Positions 48,854 through 60,930 of a DNA stretch of 64,000 bases are shown here, piece by piece. Origin of the DNA: Phoronis australis (Eukaryota; Animalia; Phoronida); the NCBI GenBank assembly GCA_002633005.1, contig NMRA01000126.1, positions 388,979 to 452,978 on the forward strand, read 5' to 3'. The notes beneath the pieces were generated by a model. That model made no database searches and was not told the origin of the DNA. It saw only the letters and a program-made list of their open reading frames with translations. The position numbers were made by a program, and so were the translations under genes. The first letter of the stretch is position 1; every line of letters starts with the position of its first letter.

Positions 48854-51280
48854 TACTCTCGAGTTCCGAATAGTGGATTATTTTTTTCGGACTCATTTTC
48901 CGGTCTATACGACACTTATTTGGGTCTCTACGTTTATTAATTTTCTAACCTTTTTCGGCTCTCCACGATTATTTGATTCAGCAAGTTCTCAATTTTTGTT
49001 TCATTCATTACAAATTTGTTACACAAAAATTTAGCTGCTGTCTACCGGTATCGTACCTTGGTCGTAATACGTGGTTATATGACTTAAATTCGCTCTAAAC
49101 CTCTAGACCACGAGACACTCACTTCGTGTTCTGTAATTTAGAAGATCTATATACGACTCCGCGTTACACACGGAAGTCACATGTCATACACATTAAAAGA
49201 TTTTATTCACTAAAATATACAACTGTATGTTTCAAAGCATGAATAATCGGACTCCCAAGCAAGGGTTTACGCAGCGGCTGTCTGCTGGACGGCCAGAATG
49301 TTATTTTGGACGGATTCGACTGGATCGGTCAGAATTAAGAAAGTGTTGGCAAAATTTAAAAAGCTTGAAATGATAACCACTTCTCTTAATATAACGGCTG
49401 GTCAGCAGTCGCTCAAAGAAATAGGCCATCAGTAATTTCAGAAAGGACGAATTTAATGCACAAAAAGTCCATTTTTCAATATTCCGCGCGCCCCGTGACA
49501 CAGATCGTTGTTACCGGCAGCTCAATATACATATGAATAAAAACGCTTTCGACGAGTTTCTTTGGGTGATCCAATATTTATGATTGCACCCTGTGAAAAA
49601 CTGGCAAGCCATAACAACTCTTCACTGTGTCTGTCCCCGAAGTTTGCGTTTCCGGGAGAGTAATTCCGGGATTTTGCACAGCCAGTGTCATCTGCGGTTT
49701 CCGTCATTATTGACATGCGCATTCCACATACATAATCATGTCGTCTGCCGCGCAAAGGCCTAAAAGAATTCGAGAATTATTTTACATACCGAGAGATGTT
49801 CCAGATACAGACATTGATTCAGACGCTGGTACGACAAATAATCCAGCTACAGATCCGGACTGTGGTGATAACGCGGCAAGTCAACGAAGCGCAAATACCC
49901 GTGCAGTTAATGAACGGTGCCGAACCTTTCAATCAACCTAGGAACCAGGTTCTTAGAATCAACAAAGTACCAACAAGTTGCCGACAACATCGGACATCAG
50001 CATTTTTATAATTCGCTCCAAACTTGAGAACAGATATTTTATGAACAGGAAGACTTGTGACAATCTTGAAAATGACATAGTTGCTAACGTTCGACAGTCC
50101 AGTCGATATCTATTGAAACTGATTTCTCTACTTGCTCTCCCGTCCAAATAAATGGAAAAGCGCACGTGAATCGGTTTGTTTATTATACCTAATTAGATAT
50201 TGAAGATGGTGGACGTAGTTGTGGTCGTGGACTCGAATGTTCGAATATTGGGCAATTCTGCAAGAAATCTCAATTTCTGGCCGTGTAAAATTTTGGCTGT
50301 ACCGACTTTTTGACATCGAATTCTGACAAACATTATGAGGGTATTGACTATGAACATTGTGCAAGACATGAGATTGAGAGGAAACAAGAAAGGCTCGACT
50401 GTCAGGAACATGTATGATAAAAATGCGACTCGTTTTACCAAGACACTTTGTCTTTATTCAGACTGTTGGCTTCATGGAAGACTGGACGTTGCTGCTGAAA
50501 TCTTTACCTGCTTGTTATAATTTTTGGAGTTGGTCGACATTGGCATCTCTAGTATGAATGTCATTCTTTTTTGAGTAAAATTATAACGCATACTGTTTGA
50601 AACATCTATAAAAAAGACTTCCATTTAAAGTTATTGAATTAACGAATGGTCTTTGTTTTAGCAATGACACTTTATTCCACTTCACTGTACTATGTTATGG
50701 CATGTGTGGATACACCACTGCAATAATTTAACTATGCTAATGTTCAATTTAAAAGTTTTTCTTTGAAACAATTACTTATAGCGGTGGTAAGTCAGACAGA
50801 ATATGCTTCTTTGCACTATTATTCCAATCCCATCTACATCATTATTTGATTTTGCGCTTCCTATTATTTCCATCTACCGTTACTAGATTTTACGCAAATT
50901 TATAATCAATGTTATTATTCCAGTCTATATTATTTTTAATTTTCCACAAATTTCCCGCCTATACCATAATTCCTTAGAATTTGCTGTTTTGCATTATTCC
51001 TTTCTATATCATTATTAGATTTTACCTAAATTTGTAATCAATATTATTATTCCAATCTATACTATGTTTAAATTTCCACAAATTTGCCGTCTATACCATT
51101 GTTCATTCTATTATTAATTTTTTTTGACAAATTTCCGGTCTATACTATTATTCTACTTTTCTAGTGGCAAAAATGTTGGGTCTATACTATTATTAGAATC
51201 TCTACTATTATTAAAAATCGTGAAATTTTCCAGTCTATACTATTATTGCTGTCTCTACTACTATTCGGAACTCGAGAGTA
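48854..51280. mobile_element. 2.4-kb non-autonomous TIR DNA transposon with TA target (Tc1/mariner-like)
   Basis: Perfect inverted termini TACTCTCGAGTTCCGAATAG / CTATTCGGAACTCGAGAGTA; subterminal GTCTATACTATTATT repeats at the right end. Confidence 0.85.
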
Positions 51281-51469
51281 AAGTGAGTCAAATTACACAT
51301 CAGATGCAATTATGTGTTTGTGGTGTTGTCACGTCAGATTGAACTGAGGCAGGTCAACATGATCGCGAATTACCAGTGTCAAGAGCCTCTCTGTTTACTC
51401 TGCTGTTGATGTTTTTATTTGTTATAAATGTTCTGAAGATGTGAGTGGCCTTATGAGCATGCGGATTAG

Positions 51470-51742
51470 TGTCTCTCTACCTCCCTCTCCCTCCCTCCCT
51501 TTCCCCCTACCTCCCTACCTCCTTCCATCTCTCCCTTTCTCTATCCCTCTCTCTCAACCCTCTCTCCACTCTCCCCTCTCTCCTTTTCTGTTCTCTCCCT
51601 CTCCTCCTTCCTTCCCTCCCTACCTCATTTGCTCCTTCTTTCTCTCCCACTCCCCTCTCTCTCCCCTCCCTCCATCCTTCCCTCCCTCCTTCCCTCCCTC
51701 CTTCCCTCCCTCTCTCGCTCCTGCCCTCTCTCCCTCTATCTC
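51470..51742. repeat. CT-rich polypyrimidine low-complexity tract
   Basis: About 270 nt almost entirely C/T, (CCTTCCCTC)-like. Confidence 0.95.
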
Positions 51743-52131
51743 GAACGTGGTGCTGAGCCTTTTTCAACCACTGGACGTGAGGACATCAGCTGACAGAGTA
51801 TCGTCAGGTTCTCAGAATGAGAGCCAGGACTACTTTACATGGCAATCCTAGTAAGAAGACCCCCCGACAGTGACATTCAGACCATTAGGAACATAAGTAC
51901 ATTAATCACGCAAAATATTAATAGTTCATCTGATCTCCAAAAGATGGTGCCACATGTACCCCAACCTGTTATACTCTCTTAAAGTTTCACATGAATCTGA
52001 TCAGCCATTTCTGACACTGGTTTCAGTTGTTTTTAGTGGGAAAATCTGTATAGTTTTATTAACCACTGAGGAAGCCTTTTTATGACAATCCAAACTGAAA
52101 CCTCAGCTCAGTTGTCACTGCGTTTTTACAG

Positions 52132-52218
52132 ATGACGAAGCCAAGCTTCGATGAACAAAGTGTGCTCATTAGGGTCAAAGGGTGTAACATTTCTTCTTCG
52201 TGTGACAGTGCAATTAAG
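52132..52218 (+). CDS. CRYZL1: CRYZL1-like exon 2, MTKPSFDEQSVLIRVKGCNISSSCDSAIK
   Basis: TTTTTACAG acceptor, AAG|GTAAGA donor; MDR-family strand V.I.VK.C (cf. CRYZL1 VKLQVKACALS); phase 0-0. Confidence 0.8.
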
Positions 52219-53425
52219 GTAAGATGAAGTACTAGTTGTCTATCAACTGCTTCTTACATTTAGTGCAAACGTTAAGCATAGAAATAGTAGTTTAAACAAA
52301 TTTTTTGTGTACTTTATTGTGGTCATTTGCAATATTTGCTCGAGAATGTTTCTGATGCAATTAATGACATGTGTATACGGAGTTCATGGGTGTGTCACAT
52401 CCATGCTAAAGATTAATTCTAAGAATTGAAACTAAAGAAATGATGATCTGTAATAGTTATTTTGCCATATTTTCTATTGATAAAAGTATCACAAGTTTCA
52501 CAGGCTCCTTTTTCCACGACTGGGCATTGTGCTTGGGTGTATGTTATAACTGTGCAATTTGAAATGAATCCAAAAGTTTTGGAAATGTGGGTTCACTGAA
52601 CGACCAGTGTTAACAAGTGGATGTGCAGGGCTAAATAAATATAGTACTACACCTTGCAAAAAGTGACAGCTTCACATTTTGTGTGTTAATCTGTGCATGA
52701 GTTTGCTTTAGGAAATAGTATTAGTTTGGTCACCTATATTACAATGATATGTAATGCAGTGTTTCCTCTGCTTGTAAAAATCTGGACTACCCGCCACGCT
52801 CCTTTTTGGCCCTGCTACTTGTAATCTTACCAGGTGACCGCATCACACCAAATCCTGACAGGAAAACTTCACTGCTACACAAAAGTTGCTAGAAATGAGT
52901 GCGCCATACAGAAATAACATGGCTACTATTGATGTTTGTGGATCGAACGAGAAAACAACAATTTAAAATCGGATTTTGAACTTTCTCCTTGTTGAACCGA
53001 CATAATGATTTTATCCTCTTTCTTGCTCGTGTTGGCTTAGTTATCTGACCGACATTCGATACAGTACTGCTGTTTATCTGACAATGCACAGCAAATGAAT
53101 CCATTCAGGGACCAGGCAACGATCTTGACATTAGTTTTTTAAAATGGCGAAGTGTCAGTTAACACTGATGGCATGCAGTGGGTGGTAGAGAAACGGTAAA
53201 ATTTATTCATTTTATTGTGCTCACGTTTACAAACAGGTCGCACAACAATGCAAGGATATACCCAGGTTTCAAATCCCTGCTCGCCAGTTGGGCGAGTAAT
53301 CTAGAAAATGTACTCGCCCAGCCCGAAGTTCAGTCGCCCGGCTGTTTGCGTCTGTCACCACAAACTTGCTGCCAGTGTCAATAAAAATCATCGCTTCCTG
53401 CATTGATGTCACCATCTATTAGGGC

Positions 53426-54526
53426 TACCATATTCACCCTAATAAGTGCCCAGGGTGCTTAGGAAAATTCATTTCGGAAGAGGGGCACTTGTTGTAGCCT
53501 AAGGCGGTTGAAACCCGGTCTCCGAAACAAGCGGAATCGGAAGCTAGGATTCATCAATTTTACGCGCTGTGATGTATCTGGAACCTATGACAGACTTTCT
53601 ACAAAATTTTGGTGTATTGCTATCAAACTTTGTTGTTAAATTACGATTTTTTTATAAAAAATGTGCTGAAATGCCAGGGCAAAAACTTGCCGACTGATGC
53701 GTCGCTGCCTCGCGATCGTCGATAGGGCAACTTGAATTCTTGAGTAAAAATACAGTTTCGACTCAACAAATTACCTGAAATCCTCTTTAAGGTTTCCAAA
53801 TAGCATCCCTAAAGTTTCTAAGTTCCTGTGGAGTCGAGATTAACCGTAGATTAAGTCCAAATCTGCGCTAGATCGCACCCCGGAACATGAGAAAAATCTG
53901 ACGAATACACATGTTGCTGTCAGGTGACATTTGTTTTGAAGTTCGTCTGCGTGTGTGTGTGCCAAGTGAGCGAGCACGTGCGTGTCATCAGAGTTCATTT
54001 GCCAGAGAAGCTGGCCCACATATATGTAGGCTCTAGCGCGCTTCTTGGCCATGTGCTCATTAACACTGGTCAAGTTTTGATTCGCGGTTTTTTCGTGTAC
54101 GTAATCTGCGTTCCTGTTGAGGGAGAAGAGATGTACGGGAAAGATACAATAAATCCTGTTGACAAATGCGCTGTCTCTGTTCTGAAAGGCCTGGCCATGT
54201 AGTGAGACACGTTCCTTGCAAGATCAGCAAAACTTTTGCATTCTTTTTGAAGCACTGTGAAAGTTTGAAGTGTATAGCCACGGCTAAATACCGACAAAGG
54301 GCAACATAGCGATGAGGCTCGTGGTCTAGAATTTCCGCGCACATTAATTTTAAGGGCTTTTGGATATTATTGAAAAATTGAAGACATTACTGTAGAATTT
54401 TAAAACTGAAGGTAAGGCATTTTTCGCATATGTACACGTTCGGACCGGGCACTTATTTTAGCGAAGTCTGAAAACGAGTGGGGGGGTTGCTTACAGGGGC
54501 ATGGGCGCTTTTTAGGACGAATGTTA
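53426..54526 (+). mobile_element. pogo-like family A copy 2, embedded in a host repeat (~53258-54965)
   Basis: TACCATATTCACCCTAATAAGTGCCC start and GGGCGCTTTTTAGGACGAATGTTA end; interior homologous to the 34765 copy; flanked by CTCGCC(C)AG-motif host sequence. Confidence 0.8.
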
Positions 54527-55852
54527 TTATTTATAAAATAATTTTGGCTAAAATGACATTGTACCTTATATTGGAAATCAGTTCCAATACTAATGGTATT
54601 TCACTTGCTGTGAACACATGGACCGGTCTTCCGCCTTTCCCCCCTTTTCTTTGTTTTGGACTAGTCCACAAATTCCTTTGTCTAGAAGAATTGCGTAACG
54701 GTTGGCATCTACTGAATTGGTAGGATCGCACTGCGCCAATGCTTTTTACAGCAGGAGCATCGACACGCTGACTAAATTGAACCTTAAATTCATGATAAAA
54801 ACAGCACATTAGGAGGAGAAAATTTATTTATGTTCATCTGGGAAAGGATATAGTGTTTTTGCGCTCTGCAAATTCGCTCGCCACCTGGGCGACCGGCAAG
54901 TCAATTTCTACTCGCCCAGCACCATTTTTACTCTCATTGGTGACTGGGGGAGTGGCTAAGTATATTCTTGCTATAAATGCACAGACAACACTAGTTTTGA
55001 TTAGTTGTGATTTTCTTCAATAGATGGCATGAACGTAGAGTAGAAGGCTTTTACTGTGACTGATGGCTGGTGTATGTTCAATTGCCATACACTGTATACA
55101 CAAGCTTGTTCTTCAGCTTGAGATTATACATGTGAATACTTACTTGGTGTTTCGCACAAATCTGCTCCTTGTAATTTCTTACTTTCACGATTAATCCTTT
55201 CGATGGTTGAAGCAGCAATGAAGGCGTGTTCCTTCTCTGATTTAGACAATCATCTTTCCTCAAAAAAATGGTCTCTACTTGTCCCAGACATAGAAGTCTG
55301 TTTGGTCTTGCAAAGGTCTGACTGTTGGTTATTTCTTGAGATTATGCTCAGTAAATAAAACAACACGACAAAAACTGTGTCAAGACTAACATCAAAATAC
55401 AATCATATACGTTAGTTTTCATACAGCTAGCTCAGGCTGGTTATCCCTAGAGACTCGTATTTAGTTTGCTATCACTGCACCATTTCTTGTATCTGCACTG
55501 TATACATTGTTGCACTGTATACTGTGCATGCAGTGGGTGCATATCAATGCTCCTTGTTGCTCTTGTTGGTCGTTTTGTGGTTTTCAGGTATTTATGTGCA
55601 TTTTAAGCAAGCATTACTATTTTATGAATCTTGCATTTTGTTTTTATTGGCTTTGTGCTTCTGCAGCCGCATTCTCCTTACTTTTATCCAAAAGGTAAAA
55701 AGTCTCTATTTTCGGAAAATAGAGTCTTGGGGCATACTTTCAGAAATACCTGGTACTCGTTCTGTTGGGTTCTTAGCAAAGCGAGTACAATTTTTCAGAT
55801 CAGATTAATATATGTGAAATAACTATAATGTCTCTTTGTCACGTTATTTCAG

Positions 55853-55976
55853 CCGTTGCTTGAGCTTCTGAAGAGGAAAGGTGTTTCACGCTTGCCCATT
55901 GGTGTCTCTGTCACTGGTCAGGTGGAACAAGTTGGACATGCTGTATCCACCCTTAAAGAAGGAGATACTGTGGCGG
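55853..55976 (+). CDS. CRYZL1: CRYZL1-like exon 3, PLLELLKRKGVSRLPIGVSVTGQVEQVGHAVSTLKEGDTVA(G)
   Basis: MDR/zeta-crystallin signature P.G....G.V..VG..V.....GD.V; TTTCAG acceptor, G|GTAAGG donor. Confidence 0.85.
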
Positions 55977-56540
55977 GTAAGGCAGAACTGTGCAGCAATG
56001 TATAATAAGAGTTAACTAACTAGAACTGTTCAACAATTTATATAGTGAGAGATGTTAAGGCTGAACTGTGCAGCAATGGTAAGAGTTAATTAACTTGAAC
56101 TGTTCAACAATGTATATAGTGAGAGATGTCAAGGCTGAACTGTGCAACGAGGTATAGTGAGAGATGATTAGGCATAACTGTACAATAATGTATAGTCACT
56201 GTGCTAGATTCTAAGGCTGAACTGTACAACAGTATTAAGTGAGAGATGCCAAGGCAGACCTATGCAACTAGGTATAGTGAGATGATAAGGCAAAGCTGTA
56301 CAACAAGATACAGTGAGAGATGCTGGACTGTGCAACAATGTGAGAAATTCTAAAACAGAATTGTGCAACAAGGTATTGTGAGAGATGGTTAGACAGAACT
56401 GTTGAACAATGTATAATGAGAGATGCTAAGACTGAACCTGAAGCAGTGTCTTTAGAGAAAGATTCTCCGGCAGAACAGTGCAACAATGTATAGTCATTTG
56501 AGAGATGATAAGGCAGAGCTGTGCAACAAGGTGTCAGTAA
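55977..56540. repeat. Degenerate ~37-45-bp tandem repeat (AAGGC[AT]GAACTGTGCAACAATGTATAGTGAGAGATG), more than 10 units
   Basis: Recurrent GAACTGT.CAACAA...GTGAGAGATG starting at the CRYZL1 exon-3 donor. Confidence 0.8.
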
Positions 56541-56546
56541 GAGAGG

Positions 56547-57290
56547 GATATACTTAGCCACTCTCCCAGTTGCCAATGCGAGTAAAAATGGTGCTAGGCG
56601 AGTAGAAGTTGACTTGCTGGTCACCCAGGTGGCGAACGAATTTTCAGAGCACAAAAACACTGTATCGTTTCCCAGATAATGAATAAATTTTTTCCTCCTT
56701 GTGCTGTTTTTATTATGAATTTAAGGTTCTTTTTGGTTAGCATGTCGATTCTCCTGCAGTGAAAAGCATCGGCACAGTGCGATCCTACCGATTTAGTAGA
56801 TGCCACCTGTTAAGCAATTCGTCTAGACAAAAGTTCACAGTGTGTGGTCGTGCACAAAGGAATTTGATAATTTCTTATTGTAATGTACAATGTCATTTTA
56901 ACCAAAATTATTTTATAAATAATAACATTCGTCCTAATAAGCGCCCATGCCTCGATAAGCACCCCCCTCATTTTCAGGCTTCGCTAAAATAAGTGCCCTG
57001 TCCAAACGTGTACATATGCAAAAAATGCCATACCTGCAGTTCTAAAATTCTAACAGTAATGTTTTCAAAGTATCAATAATATCCGACAGTCCTGACCAAT
57101 CGTTGTGCATGGAATTTCTAGACCTCGAGCCTCGCCACAGTGTCGCCTTTTGTCGGTATTTAGCCATGGCTGTTCACCTCAAACTTTGGCAGTGCTTCAA
57201 ACAGAATGTAAAAGTTTTGCTGATGTTGCGAGGAATGTGTCCCACTATATGGCCAGGCCTTTCAGAACAGATGCAGCGTATTTGTCAACG
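56547..57290 (-). mobile_element. Inverted partial copy of the composite host + family A element (matches ~54150-54965)
   Basis: ATATACTTAGCCACTC...CCCAGGTGGCGA is the reverse complement of 54870-54965; homology runs through the MITE-end junction. Confidence 0.82.
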
Positions 57291-57416
57291 AGATTAGATT
57301 GTTTACTTTTTACCAATCTGTCATTAATAAGTCTATGTGACTATGTCCTATTAGTAAAACGGAGCAAAAAAGGACTACAGTGATAGAAAAACAACGTCGT
57401 CAGTACCATGGTCAAT

Positions 57417-58410
57417 TTTTATGTGCCCACATATGTTTTTATGTGGGTGCATATTGCCGTCATTTCTTTCTGGGCATCCGGCGTCTGCAGCTGTATGTCC
57501 TAAAGCCCTTACAGGATCTTAACGAGATTTCAATTGGTAGATGTGTTCATATGAAGGTGATCCAACTACCACTGTGCCCTGTAGTAGTAATTTTATTTTT
57601 TACGGTTTTCTTTGTATGTTTGGAAATCTTAGATGGATTTTCTTGAAATTTGGCAAATAGGTTTCTATTATAAAGACAACGACACCTTCAGATGGATTTG
57701 ATGATTCTGAACCACCTAGTGGCCATTTTTTTAATTTTCAAGTGATTTTTTTGGCATCTACCTCTCTATGTGTTTAAAAAATCATTATGAAAAGTGGCAG
57801 CTATGTTCCCTATGAGGGGATTGAGGCCGAAATTGATTTTCACTACTCTGACGTCCCCTAGTGGGGATTTTGTTTTTTTGCGTCCACGACGGATTTGGTG
57901 TTTTTTTGCACTACTTGGTGGTCATTTAAATTTTTTGCTTGATGTATGTTTTTGATGTCTGCCTCTCCGTTTCTCAAATCACTTTTTGAAAATTGACAGT
58001 TGTGTTCCTGATGTGAAAATCCTTATTAGCTGACGTTGATTTTTGGATGTTTTTGACTATTCTGGCACCCCTTAAGGGCAATTTTGCTTTTTTTCATGTA
58101 CGGTGGTACTTCCTTAACACTTTGAAGGTTCTGTGCTAAATTTGACATATGGGCTCCTATAGAGATGGCAACAGATAATGATAACTTTCAAACCAATCGG
58201 ACTATAGTAGGTTGTGCCCCCTAGTTTCAATTGTATTTTACTTTTGCCCCCATTTATTAGGAGTTACCATAATTGACTTATTGTAATGAAATTTGTCTCA
58301 CAATTGTATATTACAGAGATGGCGCCATTTTTATGTTTCTGAAAACACCCATGCAAGCACACCCTTTGTTTTGTTGTCGTAGGCGCATTTCAGTGCTCTG
58401 CATTTTGTCG
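57417..58410 (-). mobile_element. Older HINE-like element of the 7465-9453 family, reverse orientation
   Basis: Begins with the reverse complement of the 3' hairpin end (TTATGTGCCCACATAT...ATGTGGG.GCAT.TTGCCGTCAT) and ends GGCGCATTTCA.TGCTCTGC (reverse complement of the 5' end); CTAGTGG subunits. Confidence 0.7.
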
Positions 58411-60409
58411 TCCAAGATGAGATCTCAAAACAATGTTAAAATGGTTGGTTTTTGTTTCATTCAACTTAAAAAAGTGTTTTCAGTCATGAAAATGGAGAAG
58501 TGAACGTTTTAAAAACATTTCCTAACAATGTTTTGTAGAAAAGCACATGAAGTGCATTATTTGAAAGTTTCACTTAATCAAATTTACCACTTGTGAAATG
58601 TGATGCTCTAAACTTTGAACATTTTCTAGAGTCTTGCATAACCTAAAGGGGATTCATACCTGCACTAGCCTCTGCTGATGGTTGCATATGAATTGAAGGC
58701 TATATTGGTGATATAACATGGTATTTATAAAATATTGACTGTTTTGCCTTCATCAAAGCTTGGCTAATTCAAGGAGCTACTTGATGCGTTGTTGTACAAA
58801 TTTAGATTATAAGCGTCATAATAGTCGGCAATGTCTATTGATGAACTTTTCTGTGAAAAAATTGGAAGTAGACTCCCACTGCCAATAAAATCATGAATAT
58901 CGAACTACTATTTTTATGTTCACTATAAATAAATGTTATGCCTCTTATATGGCAAAACATTGCTGCTCAAAAATAAACACAATATATTATGTGCATAGAA
59001 TTTGGTGAAAGGCACTTAGGACTCGGTCAAGTAGAGACCAAAAGGTGTGAAGGTATTAATTTATTTTATTTCTCATCCTTTTATTTCATTATTAGGAAAC
59101 TTGTGTGACCCTATTTGAAAAAGCTTATATTTGGCCTGGTAGTTAAGACTCTGGAAATTGATTTCTGTTATGGTTTACAGGTTTTTGTAGCATTAATTGA
59201 CTGGCTCTCAGATTAATAAAGGCACTGCTGGTAAAATGAAGCTGTTGCACCATGTTCTGGCTTTAAAAAATCTACTAAGACTTGCTCTTCCAAAGAAACA
59301 TCTCATTCTTATCCTTTGTCTGACCTAAAGTTGATTACAATAAATTGTTTGGGATTCCCTTGACATCTGTACTTAAATAGGCAACTGCAAAAATAATGTG
59401 CACTGACAATTAAGGTATAATTTCTTCGAATTCAAGTGCAAATAATGACCAAAATGTTCATTTTTCAAAAGCTCTGTGTATTGCCAAAATGTTCAAAATT
59501 TCGTCATGTCTGGTGATGACAGCCATACTAAGGATTTGCAGTTGCTGGTAAAGTGGGTCTGCTCTGAAGGAATTGATGAGTTACGGTGGGTGGGTGGGTG
59601 GGCGGGCGGGCGGGCAAGTAGGTTAGATAATTTATTGAGCTTTGATATTGTAATATGACCAGCCTTCTTACACAATGAAGTCTAGGATTCTAACTGGAGG
59701 CTGTGTGAGTCGCTTGTATGAGAGCCCTCTCTTAAAACTTAATAGACGCTGACGACCTGTCAGTGTTTTACACATTAAATTAAGCAAACAGAAACCACAT
59801 TTTTTATTACTCCCATTTGTCACTGGGGTGTTGAAAGTTATTTGGCCAGAGAACACATAGGCATTCTTAACGAGTAAATAATGACTGTCATTAATATAAA
59901 AATTTGAAGTTTTGGAGCAGTACGTCTTATTTTAGCAGAATATATATTTTTTGCAAATTGTTGAAATCCAGTTTAAAACTTAAGATTCATTATCTGGTCA
60001 GTTCTCATCAAACCTAGAAACTACCGGTATTTGTCACCTGAGTAAGGAACAAGATCGGAGACTGGGTTAGTGGCCTAAATCCAACCTTGGTTTTGACAGA
60101 AGTAGGTTTATTGTCCCTTTAATAACTTAACTCAACTTTTGTGGACCTTTTTTAAAGAAAGGTATTTCATTCTATAAAGCATGCCATTGGAAGAACAGTT
60201 TTTTGCAATGGCAAATTATTTTGTAATTATAACCAATTTAATAAAGGTTTAATTTTAACCATACACACGATTATTCATTTATTGTGATATATTGTGCTTG
60301 GGGTATGCGACGAGCTATGTTGCAGAATAAAACAAGATTAGGGTTGTCGTATAATGCCATTTATTGTGATGTAAGTAGAAAAGACTGTGCAAGACGGGAT
60401 AGGGAAATA

Positions 60410-60925
60410 TGCCATGATGGCATGTTGTCATCTCTGTGCGGCATCCACTGCTATATCTCCAAATTCCCTTGATGGATCTTCATGAAAGTTGACAGATGTG
60501 CACCTATGGAGATGATTATGTCTTTAGAATGGATCTGGTTACTGCTGTGCCTAATTCAAGAGACAATTTTAGTATTCTGTATCTTCAGCCTCCCTTGATG
60601 GATTTTCATGTCATTTGGTGAATAGGTTTCTTTGGAGATGATGGTGCTTCCTATTTTTGAAGAGATTTAACATTTTCTATGCCACTGTAACTGGCCATTT
60701 TTATTTTTAACCTGTCTGTTTTTGGCCTCTGTCTCTTTCTGTCATGCCAATCATTATAAAAATTGGGAGATTTATTCCTGCTCACAAAATCGCTTAGTGA
60801 CCTTTATTTTTGGATAGGTCCCACTGCTGTGACACCCCTTAATTTGCTTTTGTTTTTGTGGCTGACTATAGCTCCTTAACCTCTATCAGAAAATTTTTGA
60901 AACTGTCAAGTAGGTATTTTATATT
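60410..60925 (-). mobile_element. Highly degenerate HINE-like fragment
   Basis: GTCATCTCTGT.CGGCATCC and GATGGATTTTCATG..ATTTGG subunit remnants. Confidence 0.45.
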
Positions 60926-60930
60926 AAGGA

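Noticed and set aside
51441-51851. Pro/Ser-rich and Arg/Glu/Gly-rich ORFs
   Set aside because: The low-complexity CT tract simply lacks stop codons
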